A stretch of DNA of 64,000 bases from Candidatus Thorarchaeota archaeon (GCA_011364985.1 RDOC01000004.1:152218-216217), one strand, 5' to 3'; positions 1 through 10,213 are shown, counted from the first letter of the stretch. Notes: generated from the letters alone by a model not told the origin. Program-made: numbers and translations.

Positions 1-299
1 AGCTGACTCAGCTCTACAGAACGGTTCTGTTGAAGATAGGTAAGATACTGCGATCTGAGGGCAGAATAGGAATGACTATTCCAGTTATTAATTCAAAAGA
101 CGGACAACTCTCCATAGACCTTGAAGAAATGACCGCCGGAACGGAGTTTCACGTTCTCATGATGCTTCCCAAGGAGGCATTTGAGTCATCCATACCCAAG
201 AGCAAGCAACTGAAGATTACACCTGATAGGCCCGTACTTCCAGAGAGAAAGAGAGGGCAAGTAGTGGAGCGAGGGGTAGTGATGCTTGGAAGATACTAG
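1..299 (+). CDS. C-terminal part of a probable SAM-dependent (Trm11/TrmG10-like) methyltransferase, truncated by the window edge
   Basis: Frame is open from position 3 (LTQLYRTVLLKIGKILRSEGRIGMTIP), resembling the late helix/strand of RNA methyltransferases (LY...L.xILKxxGRIV..P). Confidence 0.4.
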   Translation, partial: LTQLYRTVLLKIGKILRSEGRIGMTIPVINSKDGQLSIDLEEMTAGTEFHVLMMLPKEAFESSIPKSKQLKITPDRPVLPERKRGQVVERGVVMLGRY

Positions 300-1129
300 A
301 ACAGATGGCGTATCACATCATCAATGATTGCGTAAGTCTGAAGCCGCTGGAGGTCTGACTTGACATAAGGCATTGCTTCACCAAATATCATATCCTTGTA
401 TGCCTTCTCAGGCACGGTTTCTCGAGCAGCTTTTGTCAATACTTGCAGAATCTCTTCAAGACACACCTTCAAAGCTCTATACGGGACCGCATAGACATCA
501 ATCCCAAGTACTTCAATTCCAGCCTCATCCACAGGGACATCTACGAGGAATTCATATTCCTTTTTAAGAGGTTCCATGAGTTTCTTAACACGTCCAACCA
601 GTGTTCGTCGAGTGGACTTGGGGACTTGCACCCGCATAATCGCTCTGTACAAATGACTGAAAACTGAGAGAGCATCCATTGATTTTCCAGCCATTAGACT
701 ATCATCAGTTTCCTCATATTGGCTGACAATTTCATCCACAAATTCGCCGAAGTCCTTGAACGTATCTGGTTCTCCATTCCAGTGCTCAAGGACATTTGCT
801 AGAAACTGACCCTCAGGAACCTTTTGTTTCGAGAACTCATTCAATGCGTATCGGAGAAGAAAACGCATGTGGCTTATTCTAGCACCCTTTGAAACCACCA
901 TGACAAATAGAAGGTCGTCATTTGCTTCCCAAATGTAACGATTCGTTTCAGTGTCAACCGTTGTAAGATTCTCATTAGATGCCTTATCAATAAAGGTATG
1001 AGTTGCGCTCAGAAATGGTGCAATTAGATCCATGTCGATCTCGATGCCAGAGTAGGCACGAGCCACGAGATTCCTTCCGCTACCTCGCTCAATAAGCCAG
1101 ACTCCGTGAATACATCGTCGATCAGACAT
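296..1129 (-). CDS. Longin-like domain protein with C-terminal helical extension
   Basis: N-terminal IHGVWLIERGSGRNLVARAY...DLIAPFLSATHTF...LLFVMVV...LRYALNEF fits the beta-beta-alpha-beta-beta-beta-alpha longin pattern common in Asgard archaea. Confidence 0.65.
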   Translation of the reverse strand: MSDRRCIHGVWLIERGSGRNLVARAYSGIEIDMDLIAPFLSATHTFIDKASNENLTTVDTETNRYIWEANDDLLFVMVVSKGARISHMRFLLRYALNEFSKQKVPEGQFLANVLEHWNGEPDTFKDFGEFVDEIVSQYEETDDSLMAGKSMDALSVFSHLYRAIMRVQVPKSTRRTLVGRVKKLMEPLKKEYEFLVDVPVDEAGIEVLGIDVYAVPYRALKVCLEEILQVLTKAARETVPEKAYKDMIFGEAMPYVKSDLQRLQTYAIIDDVIRHLF

Positions 1130-1271
1130 TGCAATACATTACTCCTAGACATGAATCTGATACTCTGAAAAATAAGCGTTTGTCGGATGTTAGAGGGATA
1201 TATTCCAATATTACTCGGAGAGAGAAAGTGATGGAGCAAGAGGACTGGATTGCCCACTCCCCTTGCTCGGT

Positions 1272-2237
1272 CTATGTTGTTGTTATGCCAAGTCGTTCAA
1301 CCATTTCCTTGTAGCGGTTCCTCACGGTCACTTCCGTCACTCGAGCAGTTCGGGCAATTTCTAGCTGAGTGCGTCGCTGACCGGTGAGAATACTCGCCAC
1401 ATAGATCGCAGCTGCTGCCATTCCTTTGGGGTCCTTGCCTATTGTTAGCCTCTCCTCCCTAGCTTTCTCCAAGATGTCAATCGCTGCCTTCTTAGCATCT
1501 CCTGGTAGTCCCAGTTCTGTGCCAAAGCGATGGACAAACTCGACCGGGTTGCTGTGGGGAATTTTGAGATTCAGATATCGAAGAATGAGTCTTACACATA
1601 GACTCAATTCCTTACGAGTGATGTGTATCTGATCGCACACTTCTTCCAACGGTCTCGGAACCTGATGGACTCTACAGGCGAGGTACAATGAGGCAGCAAT
1701 CATCCCGAGAATTGTGCGTCCACGAGTAAGACGCTTTCGAAGAGCCTTACGATAGATCACCGCCGAGGTTTCTCGAATAGAGTACGGAATACTCAATTGC
1801 GAACTGATTCGGTGGAGCTCTGTCATTGCAACTGCAAGATTACGCTTGTCAGAGGAATGAACCTTGGTACGTATTTGCCATTTACGTAGTCGGTGTATCT
1901 GAGCTCGTCTAGTAGACGTAAGCTTTCGTCCTGAGGCATCAACATTCTGACGACCAATGATTGTTGTAAGGCCTTGATCGAACTTACTCCAATCAGTGGG
2001 ACCACCCACTCGTTGCCTTGCGTTCTGCTCATCTGCAGTGAAGGCACGCCACTCTGGGCCCATGTCGATGGAATGATCAGAAAGAACAAGTCCACAGTTG
2101 GAGCAGATCACCTCACCACGGGTCACATCGATATAGACTTCATCAGAACTACACGTAGAACAAACGTATCGAGCTGCACCAAGCTTTGCATCCCTGGTTT
2201 TTCTAGTCTGGGCATGTTTACTGACCAGTGCGATCAT
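1272..2237 (-). CDS. tfb: Transcription initiation factor IIB (TFB)
   Basis: Zn ribbon CSTC..CSNCG, B-reader GPEWRAF, two cyclin repeats, C-terminal VTEVTVRNRYKE; start moved to the ATG at 2237, which follows GGAG. Confidence 0.96.
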   Translation of the reverse strand: MIALVSKHAQTRKTRDAKLGAARYVCSTCSSDEVYIDVTRGEVICSNCGLVLSDHSIDMGPEWRAFTADEQNARQRVGGPTDWSKFDQGLTTIIGRQNVDASGRKLTSTRRAQIHRLRKWQIRTKVHSSDKRNLAVAMTELHRISSQLSIPYSIRETSAVIYRKALRKRLTRGRTILGMIAASLYLACRVHQVPRPLEEVCDQIHITRKELSLCVRLILRYLNLKIPHSNPVEFVHRFGTELGLPGDAKKAAIDILEKAREERLTIGKDPKGMAAAAIYVASILTGQRRTQLEIARTARVTEVTVRNRYKEMVERLGITTT

Positions 2238-2632
2238 CTCCCTGCAAGCCCCATCCTTTAGGGGTTTTGCAAGAGTAGTTACGGAATTAGTGCAGTACGT
2301 CCCTCCATGGCGCATGAAGAGACAAGCTACTTTCGGCGGATGCTGAGGGCAGTTCTTCTGAAAGAAGAACACATCTGCGCACAAGGAAAAGCATTATAAA
2401 CTCTTTGCAAATTCTTGCAATTTATTTGTGCAAATGGGCAATGAAAAGTAATTTCGGCTCGGAAGAACAACAGAAAACGACGTGGATACCAGGGAGCATA
2501 GAATATATGATTTGTCAAGCACCAAAGTGGCCGTAGCTCCGGATAGTATTATAACAGCACATGTAGACCTTCTTTGTACGTCATTCAAGGGCTCATGTCA
2601 GAAGTCCGCAACATGATTCAAGGTGAATAACG

Positions 2633-4543
2633 ATGAGCAATGCAAAATCCAGAATCGACAATCCTTGGCAATTTGCAAGGAGCAAGGTTGTAGACATTTT
2701 GGAGAAGGTGACACAGCTTGATCGTGAAAGTATTGCAGACAATCTTGAAACTCCACCTGATTCGTCTCTTGGTGATTTTGCTACGACTCTCGCCTTTGGA
2801 CTTGCTAAGGAGAAGAAGAAGAACCCAGCAAAGATAGCGGAGGATATTGCAAAGGAGATTTCAGAGCTAAGCAAGACCGAAGCCTTACTGACTGCGGTGA
2901 AGCAGAAGGGGCCGTATATCAATTTCTATCTCTCACGCGGGGAGCTCGCAGATTTGACAGTGAAATCTGTACTGACCATGGAAACAGCATACGGCAATTC
3001 GGATGAGTACAAGGGACTCCGGGCACTAATTGAATCACCTGCTGTGAATCCGTCAAAGCCTTGGCACATTGGTCATGCAAGGAACGCAGTAATTGGAGAT
3101 ACATTGGCAAACATGTTGGAGGCAGTTGGATATGCTGTGCTACGAATGGATTACATCAATGACTTGGGCCTTCAGATTGCTCAGCTTGTATGGAAGTTGA
3201 AGGATGCGGAAGGACCAGAATCCAATGAGAAATATGACCATTACTTGGGTCGACTCTACGTGGGTGTCAATGAGACATTTGAGTCAAACGAACGAGTTGA
3301 GGAGCAAGTTAGAGAAGTCAGCCGCAGATTAGAGGATCTCAAGTCGAAAGAGGCCAAAAGAAGCGACAAGATGGTTTCAGATTGTGTGGAGGCACAAAGT
3401 CAAACAGCATACCGATTGAACATCTATCATGATTACCATATATGGGAGAGCATGATTGCTTACAGCGGACTGCTCGAACAGGCTAAAGAGATGATGCTCA
3501 AATGTGACAACATTTTCATTCCGGATGAAGGCGATAAGAAAGATTGTGTAATAGCAGACCTGACTGCTATTGACGAGTTTAAGGACATGAAAGAACCCAA
3601 CAAGGTTCTATTTAGGTCGGACGGGACACGGACCTATACGGGAGCTGACGTTGCCTTCCAGATGTGGAAGTTCGGAATAATAGAGGATCCATTCACATAC
3701 AGCCTTTTTGAAGAACAGCCGAATGACAAACCAGTTTATCGTACAAAGTTTGGGGGCAAGAAACACGACCTTGGAAAGGTCAATCTTGTTTTCAACGTAA
3801 TAGGGTCTGGCCAGGCACATCCTCAAAGACTGGTATATTCCATAATGGATCTGTTGGGATACCATGAACAAGCTAAGAATTCACACCATGTTGCCTACGA
3901 GTTTGTTGGTCTTGAAGAGGCTGATTTCTCAGGGCGAAAGGGAACATGGAGAGGATATTCCTGTGACGATGTACTAGACAAGGCAAGAGAGCTTGCCAAG
4001 AAAGAAGTGAGCAAGAGGAATCCAGATGAGAGTGATGCCTTCAAGAACCATGTTGCAGAACAGATCGGCACGGGAGCAGTCAGATATCGCCTTCTGAATG
4101 CTTCGCCTGACAGAAGAATAACATTCAGATGGGAGGATGCCCTTGATTTCAATGGAGATGCAGCCCCCTATTTGCAGTACTCCTGTGCGAGAGCCTCAAG
4201 AATACTCGAACGCGCTGTTGAGGATGAATCAGCTGACCTATCGCTCTTGAATACCAACGAGGAATTTGCTCTAGTCAAAGCCATAGCACGATTTCCTGAA
4301 GAAGTCCTTGGTGTGATCCAGGGCATGACAAAGCAGGTTTGGGGAACAAGTTTCAGCACCAACAGAATGACAGCATATTGCTATAATCTAGCAACTTTGT
4401 TCAGTCGATTCTATGATTCATGCCCCGTGTTAAAGTCCGAACCAGATTTCAGAGCCGCACGGCTTCAGCTTGTACAAGCTTTCAGAATAACCATGAGCAA
4501 CTGCCTACGTCTTCTGGGAATTCCAGTGGTAGAAAGAATGTGA
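2633..4543 (+). CDS. argS: Arginine--tRNA ligase
   Basis: NPSKPWHIGHARN (HIGH), FSGRKG, APYLQYSCARASRIL, C-terminal LLGIPVVERM. Confidence 0.97.
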   Translation: MSNAKSRIDNPWQFARSKVVDILEKVTQLDRESIADNLETPPDSSLGDFATTLAFGLAKEKKKNPAKIAEDIAKEISELSKTEALLTAVKQKGPYINFYLSRGELADLTVKSVLTMETAYGNSDEYKGLRALIESPAVNPSKPWHIGHARNAVIGDTLANMLEAVGYAVLRMDYINDLGLQIAQLVWKLKDAEGPESNEKYDHYLGRLYVGVNETFESNERVEEQVREVSRRLEDLKSKEAKRSDKMVSDCVEAQSQTAYRLNIYHDYHIWESMIAYSGLLEQAKEMMLKCDNIFIPDEGDKKDCVIADLTAIDEFKDMKEPNKVLFRSDGTRTYTGADVAFQMWKFGIIEDPFTYSLFEEQPNDKPVYRTKFGGKKHDLGKVNLVFNVIGSGQAHPQRLVYSIMDLLGYHEQAKNSHHVAYEFVGLEEADFSGRKGTWRGYSCDDVLDKARELAKKEVSKRNPDESDAFKNHVAEQIGTGAVRYRLLNASPDRRITFRWEDALDFNGDAAPYLQYSCARASRILERAVEDESADLSLLNTNEEFALVKAIARFPEEVLGVIQGMTKQVWGTSFSTNRMTAYCYNLATLFSRFYDSCPVLKSEPDFRAARLQLVQAFRITMSNCLRLLGIPVVERM

Positions 4544-5893
4544 TTAACCAGACGTGATCTTGGCGCTCTCAATGACAATGGACGGGGCAATCACACTGCC
4601 AATTGATCGTGTGTCCCCACCGATTCTTGTTGCACGCAAAAGGACGTCGCGCATGTTGATGCCAATTAGCGTGTTCTTCAGAGAATGCTGAATCTCGCCA
4701 TTCTCAAAATAGAGCCCCTCCATCACCATAGCACTTAGGTCTCCAGTAGTCATATTCGGACGGTCACCTGTGTTTCGGCAGATAATGCCCCTCTCTGTTT
4801 CTTCAACCAAATCGTCAAGGCTTCCTTTTCCTTCAGATATTACAAAGTTGGAGGAGGAGATTGAGGGTGTGCCTGCATATGAGGGTCTACTAGCATTGGC
4901 CGTATTTTCTACATGCTCTTTGTTTGCAGTATACGAGTTGTGAAGAAGTCCCTTTAGAACTCCTTCAACAAGAACTTCAGTTCTTTGTGATGACACACCC
5001 TCGCAGTCGAAGGCGCGTGTCCCTAGGCCACCGGGAAGGAGACCATCATCCACGATTTCCAACTTGTCCGATGCGATCTCTTCGCCAATTGCATCGGCGA
5101 TATATGACCGGCCATATTGAACCTCTTCAGCATTCACTGCTCCGGCAAATCCCTGACCAATGATGGTGCCGACAGCAAGCGGAGCAAGAATCACAGGCAA
5201 GTCATCACTCTTGATGATTTTTCCGCCAAGATTTCCGATCGCGTTGTGTGCAGAAGTGTATCCTATCCATTCAGGATCGATTTCAGAAAGATTTCTGGTC
5301 AGCTGGAATTCGTAGCTCGAAGTCTGATCTGTGCCTTCCTTTACAGTCGGATAGGTGTAGAGCCAAAGGGTAGTACCTCTTGCAGATCCTGCTATCCCAA
5401 GTGAGTTTACAATTGCTCTAAAATCTGATGAGGCAATAAGACGTGCTTCAATCGCCATCTTCATTTCCGAAAGCTCATTCTTTGTAGCATCAACTGCACG
5501 AAGAATAAGGGATGCTGCTTCCTCAGAAGAGAGCTGGTTGATCTTTTCATCAAAGAGCCCAGACACAGTAGGGTATCTCCCTCCAGATCTTGGCAGGCTT
5601 TCAAAGTCAGGGTCCTCTATTGAGGAGCGAGCTAGACGGACTGACTTCTCTGCTGCTTCAGATATATCCTCATCTTGAAGTGTTGTGACGTAGGCAAATC
5701 CAATTCCTTTTCCGATTACAGAGCGGATTCCACAACCTGCATCCCTCTTGTTTCGTGCCGACTTAATTGCGTTGTTTTGGACATCGATGGAGAATGACTT
5801 CGAAGAGCCAATATAGACCTCTGCTTGCTCAGCACCAAGAGCCTCTGCCTTCTTGATGGCACTTTCAGCCAAGTCAAGTAATTGGGATTCCAT
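4544..5893 (-). CDS. pmbA: TldE/PmbA family protein (non-catalytic subunit)
   Basis: AEVY N-terminus, FDCEG motif, NxTTGDLS; lacks HExxxH; abuts tldD. Confidence 0.9.
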   Translation of the reverse strand: MESQLLDLAESAIKKAEALGAEQAEVYIGSSKSFSIDVQNNAIKSARNKRDAGCGIRSVIGKGIGFAYVTTLQDEDISEAAEKSVRLARSSIEDPDFESLPRSGGRYPTVSGLFDEKINQLSSEEAASLILRAVDATKNELSEMKMAIEARLIASSDFRAIVNSLGIAGSARGTTLWLYTYPTVKEGTDQTSSYEFQLTRNLSEIDPEWIGYTSAHNAIGNLGGKIIKSDDLPVILAPLAVGTIIGQGFAGAVNAEEVQYGRSYIADAIGEEIASDKLEIVDDGLLPGGLGTRAFDCEGVSSQRTEVLVEGVLKGLLHNSYTANKEHVENTANASRPSYAGTPSISSSNFVISEGKGSLDDLVEETERGIICRNTGDRPNMTTGDLSAMVMEGLYFENGEIQHSLKNTLIGINMRDVLLRATRIGGDTRSIGSVIAPSIVIESAKITSG

Positions 5894-7279
5894 TTACATA
5901 CCCCCAACTGGTACTTGACGGATTCTTGCATGTGGACCACCACTATTGTCCGGTACCATCTGACCATCCTTTCTACATGTGCCGGCTTCCATTTCAAAAT
6001 CCTTTGCTACTGCATCGATCTTCGGCAAAATGTCCAAAATCTGCCCAGCCAGAGAAACATCCCGAACCATTTGTCCAATCTCGCCGTTCTCAATTAGATA
6101 GCCATGACTCGCCTGAAACATAAACTGGCCCTTGGAAGGTTCTGTATAACCATAGTTGAAATTGCATAGCAACATACCAGTTCCCATGTCCTGCATAAGT
6201 TCATCAACATCCCAATCGCCTGGTTCCATCATCGTGTTTGACATCCTTGGGAGGGGCTCGAACATAAACGACTGGGCTCTTCCAGCACCATTGGGCTCCA
6301 TGCCCAAGCGTGATGCGGTTTCAAGTGTATGTAGTAATTCTCTAAGAATTCCGCCCTTGACAAGTAAACGTTTCTTAGTCTTTGTTCCCTCCCAGTCGAA
6401 CTCATAAGTGCCTCTCTGTCCCTCCATTGTGGGATCATCGCTGAGGTTCAGATGTCCGGGACCGACCATTTTCCCGAGTTTGTCTTCTAAAACAGTGGTG
6501 TGTGCAGGCCAATTATCGGCTTCACATGCATGCCCAAACGCTTCATGAACCATAACTCCATTGAGAACTGGGTCCACTATGACATCATATGTCCCACCTT
6601 TTGCGGCAACAGAAGAAAGTAGGTCAATGGCGTTCCTTGCTGATTCTTCCCCTAGATTCTGAGGCCGCTCAAGGCTGTAGACTTCAAAACCACCACGAAT
6701 CCCGAAGGACTTGAATGATCTTTGACGACTGCTACCGTCCTTGGCAGTTGATACTGATATCACTCTTGGAAGTGAGTTCTCCATCCAAACACTTGTCCCA
6801 AATGAGTTTGCTGTATATCTCTCAGTCCATAAGTCTCCATAGACTGTTCGCGTGTTCACAATCCTTTTGTCAAAGCTTCGTGCTTGGTCATTAATCATCT
6901 TAACATAAGCCATCTTCTCTTCAAATGTGACATCCGCAAAGGGCACCTTGACCTTGAATCGAACCCTGTCTTTGAAGACTGGACCTTCCATCTCAAACTT
7001 CTCAGCAACCTTGGTCTTTGTTGCAAGGGCCAATTTGCCAACAGATTCTCCCGTTTCTCTCATACCACCAGTAGTTAGATCGGTGGTCTGTGCAAAAGCC
7101 CATGCGCCATCAATGAAAGCGCGGATTCCAGCTCCTTTCAGCCTTGACGCAAGAGAATCCTTCGAAACGCCATCAGTGATTTCGATGATTGTTGTCACTG
7201 TATTCTCGATTCGTACATCAGCGAAGGTTGCTCCAACATCAAGAGCAGCATCAATGGCAGCTTGAGCAAGGTCTTCCAT
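5894..7279 (-). CDS. tldD: TldD metalloprotease
   Basis: HEAFGHACEAD zinc motif, FDWEG, PRMSNT, C-terminal CRKDGQ..P..GGP; likely start at MEDLAQ (7279). Confidence 0.93.
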   Translation of the reverse strand: MEDLAQAAIDAALDVGATFADVRIENTVTTIIEITDGVSKDSLASRLKGAGIRAFIDGAWAFAQTTDLTTGGMRETGESVGKLALATKTKVAEKFEMEGPVFKDRVRFKVKVPFADVTFEEKMAYVKMINDQARSFDKRIVNTRTVYGDLWTERYTANSFGTSVWMENSLPRVISVSTAKDGSSRQRSFKSFGIRGGFEVYSLERPQNLGEESARNAIDLLSSVAAKGGTYDVIVDPVLNGVMVHEAFGHACEADNWPAHTTVLEDKLGKMVGPGHLNLSDDPTMEGQRGTYEFDWEGTKTKKRLLVKGGILRELLHTLETASRLGMEPNGAGRAQSFMFEPLPRMSNTMMEPGDWDVDELMQDMGTGMLLCNFNYGYTEPSKGQFMFQASHGYLIENGEIGQMVRDVSLAGQILDILPKIDAVAKDFEMEAGTCRKDGQMVPDNSGGPHARIRQVPVGGM

Positions 7280-7460
7280 GGAAAAATCCCCTCTGAAGTT
7301 GAACAATGCGGCTTTCTATTCGATTATAACTTATGCGGACAGGGAAATTTTGCCAGCAGCATGTCTGAAAGAATTCTGAAAGGCATAAAGGTACTAATAC
7401 CGAGGTTATACACACGTTATTCTGTGATATGTCAGTCATCATTACAATGGAGGAAGCTAC

Positions 7461-9017
7461 GTGAGCCTAGATTCTGCACATCTGTGTTGTCAAAAATGCA
7501 ATCAGAACAGAGCCAGTCATCTCTGTGAAGATTGCGGGAGCATTTTTTGCAACACCTGCATAGAAAGCAGAAACAACGATTACATGATGTGCAAGGACTG
7601 TCACTACCCAATTGATAACTCTTCTCAAGGAGAAGAGATTCTAGAGTGCCCCGAGTGTGGTTCCAAAAATCTAACTAAAGCGCGAAGAACCGAGGATATC
7701 TGCCCTCAATGCCATTCTGGTAAAATCACATTAGTGGAGGAAAAGAGGCGTTCACTTGCACAAGAAATGCGCCATGCTGTGATGACACTGCATTATGGTC
7801 CTACTAAACTAAAGGAATTCGGGAATAGACTTGATTCTGCAAAGAGAACTCTCGTATCATTGCGGATGGCAAATTTTCTGCATTATCATTGGCTCGAAGA
7901 TAAGCTCGAGGAGATTCAAGAAGAACTTCCAGCCATTAAGAATAGAATCACCAATCAAGGAGAGATAATCGCGAAACGAATGGCTGCAGAAACAAAGGGA
8001 CTTATGGATTATAATCGATGGACGCCTGACCAGTTCCCTTTCATTGAAGGGGTTACAAATAGAATATCAGAGATCGGAAGGCAGTACAAGCAGAATACAG
8101 ATGATGCATTTCAGGATTGTAAGGCGAAGCTGAAGGAACTTGTCGAACAGCTGGATGGCCTCAATTTCTATCGATCAGAATTCTCGGCCTTCTATGAACA
8201 TGTAGACCTATCTGTGGGCGAGCTTCCTGTTTGCGCACTGCCCGAAGTCAAGGTTATCGGTAGTGACTTTTTGAAACACGACAAAGCATCTGGAACGCTC
8301 TATATGACAAATAAGCGGTTGATACTCATTGCAGAAAGAGGCCTTCTCTGGAAGAACACAGGACCAGTATTTGACTTCCCCTTAATTTACCTGAACAGTC
8401 TTGAAGAAGATGGGAGATTCAGAAAAAAGCTTGTCCTAAGAATGAAGCAGGGATATATCCGAATATCCTGCAGTGAGGAGACTATGGAGGTCCTTCCGGA
8501 TTATGTGTCAATTGCAAAAAGATTCGACAAGTACGTGCAAAAAGATATGCAGAGAGTCCGAAAGATTGAGCAAGCCAACGTCAATATCAGCGATGTAAGA
8601 ATGAAGATAGAGAGTCTGGTCTACTCCCTTTTGACAGGAGATTTGGATTCTGGATACTACGGAGGACGTATAGATTCATTTGAATATCGTCCGGACATCA
8701 GGCATGGTGAACGTGGCCATTATGGAAGTGATTATGGCCGCCAAGATGTGCTGAAAGAAGAACTGAACAGAAGATTTGGCCTTGGAGGAAATGGCAGCGA
8801 TGCATCTCAATATGAATATGCTAGTTCCATTGACTCTTTGAAGAGGAGTGCCATAGAAATCCAAGATGCAATCCACGACACCATCCGTATGATGAGAAGC
8901 GGTCACCTTGTTGCGGAGGACTTCATTCGAAGATATCGTGGACTTGTTAGAGACTCATACGAAACCCAAAAGCAGATTGAACGAATTGATAGAACGAAAC
9001 ACGGATATGGTTGGTAG
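7461..9017 (+). CDS. Multi-Zn-finger/B-box + coiled-coil + PH/GRAM(GLUE)-like + Vps23/TSG101 steadiness-box-like protein (ESCRT-I-like)
   Basis: Six CxxC pairs in the first ~85 aa; long heptad region; GTLYMTNKRLIL PH/GRAM-type strands; C-terminal AIEIQDAIHDTIRMMRSGHLVAEDFIRRYRGLVRDSY resembles the TSG101 steadiness box; adjacent to ESCRT genes. Confidence 0.7.
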   Translation: MSLDSAHLCCQKCNQNRASHLCEDCGSIFCNTCIESRNNDYMMCKDCHYPIDNSSQGEEILECPECGSKNLTKARRTEDICPQCHSGKITLVEEKRRSLAQEMRHAVMTLHYGPTKLKEFGNRLDSAKRTLVSLRMANFLHYHWLEDKLEEIQEELPAIKNRITNQGEIIAKRMAAETKGLMDYNRWTPDQFPFIEGVTNRISEIGRQYKQNTDDAFQDCKAKLKELVEQLDGLNFYRSEFSAFYEHVDLSVGELPVCALPEVKVIGSDFLKHDKASGTLYMTNKRLILIAERGLLWKNTGPVFDFPLIYLNSLEEDGRFRKKLVLRMKQGYIRISCSEETMEVLPDYVSIAKRFDKYVQKDMQRVRKIEQANVNISDVRMKIESLVYSLLTGDLDSGYYGGRIDSFEYRPDIRHGERGHYGSDYGRQDVLKEELNRRFGLGGNGSDASQYEYASSIDSLKRSAIEIQDAIHDTIRMMRSGHLVAEDFIRRYRGLVRDSYETQKQIERIDRTKHGYGW

Positions 9018-9638
9018 TTATATACCTAGTTCTTTCTCTAGTTCCTTAATATCTTCCTCAAGCGTACCTATATCTGTGTCAGCTGTCATTTCGGCAGTTC
9101 TTTCTGCCAGCCCTGCCTCAACATCGAGCTCATGCATTGCCGTGGTGAGGTCCTCTGAGGAAACATCCATTGACGCATCAAGGGCATCTGATGATATGCT
9201 GCTTTCAATTTCAAGCTCCTCAAGACGCCGGGAAATCTCATCAGCATTCTCTACTAATCTTGTGGCTTCAGTTGCGTCACCGAGCATCCCAAGCAGCTTT
9301 GCCACTTCCTGAAGCGCAATATTCGTTTTGGCTGATGTTTGGGCACGGTTTAGATGTGCAAGAATCTTAAGAATCTGGAGCCTAGATTTGTCAAAGGACA
9401 AGGCAAGTCGTCGGAAGCGAATCATCTCTGTGGCATAGGTTTTGAACGCTTCACCTTGACCAGCCTTTCTGGCTCTTATGGCCCGAGCTCTTGTCTCGCC
9501 CTCCTCTTTCTCAAGCTTGTTTCGTTCACGTGCAAGCTGCTTTGCCAAGATTCGTAGTTGACTAGAGATTTCTCCAACGTCGGGTTTTTTACGCCCCCAG
9601 GAGAAGGCCTTTCTAAACGAACTCAAGAGTTTCACCAC
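9018..9638 (-). CDS. ESCRT-III (Snf7 family, Vps2/24/46-like)
   Basis: Basic helical N-half with amphipathic start, KTYATEMIRFRR pattern, acidic C-half, terminal LEEDIKELEKELGI MIM1-like helix; next to vps4. Confidence 0.9.
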   Translation of the reverse strand: MVKLLSSFRKAFSWGRKKPDVGEISSQLRILAKQLARERNKLEKEEGETRARAIRARKAGQGEAFKTYATEMIRFRRLALSFDKSRLQILKILAHLNRAQTSAKTNIALQEVAKLLGMLGDATEATRLVENADEISRRLEELEIESSISSDALDASMDVSSEDLTTAMHELDVEAGLAERTAEMTADTDIGTLEEDIKELEKELGI

Positions 9639-9817
9639 ATACCGAACTGGACGAACAAGACTAGAAGTAATGCTTCTCGTTTAAACCTTCGTAGAGCTGC
9701 TTATCCTCCTTATACGAATCTGCACCTTGCATATTAAGATTAGCGCAGATTGTGGCGTCTAGGAACAGGTTTAGAAAGCTTTTCGAAGATATCACTGATA
9801 ACAGAGTGTGATTAGTC

Positions 9818-10066
9818 ATGGCATATGGAGCAGAGAGTGCAGCTATTGCGGCACAACATACGAGTTCCTACCGAGTCAAGTTCGAGAGAAACGAATTCCT
9901 AGAGCTGGTGCAAATAGCACAGCCGCAAATCATCTATCATGTGCGAAGAATGCATTTCTTTGCATACGATGGCTTTGTCATGTATACCTTCGAGTGCGAG
10001 TCTGAGGATTTCAGCCAGAAAGTGATGCATGCCATCGAATTCTCAAATATGGCGTGGAGGGAATAA
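9818..10066 (+). CDS. Small hypothetical protein within the ESCRT locus
   Basis: 82-aa ORF with protein-like composition filling the gap upstream of vps4. Confidence 0.65.
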   Translation: MAYGAESAAIAAQHTSSYRVKFERNEFLELVQIAQPQIIYHVRRMHFFAYDGFVMYTFECESEDFSQKVMHAIEFSNMAWRE

Positions 10067-10213
10067 CTAGCAGCCGATACGATGGTCAGCGGAAGCAAGT
10101 ACATCTTTGCGTTACTGTGTAATCATTGAACCATTACGCGCTCAGAATGAAATTGGGAAGAAAGTGGTAAGAGAAGTTATTAACATGGATTTATCTCATT
10201 ATTCTGAACAGGA

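Noticed and set aside
2238-2384. N-terminal 49 codons of the tfb ORF
   Set aside because: Not TFB-like and overlaps the probable promoter region; start reassigned to 2237
2633-4543. Functional link between argS and the two tRNA-Arg genes
   Set aside because: They are more than 44 kb apart with unrelated genes between; likely coincidence
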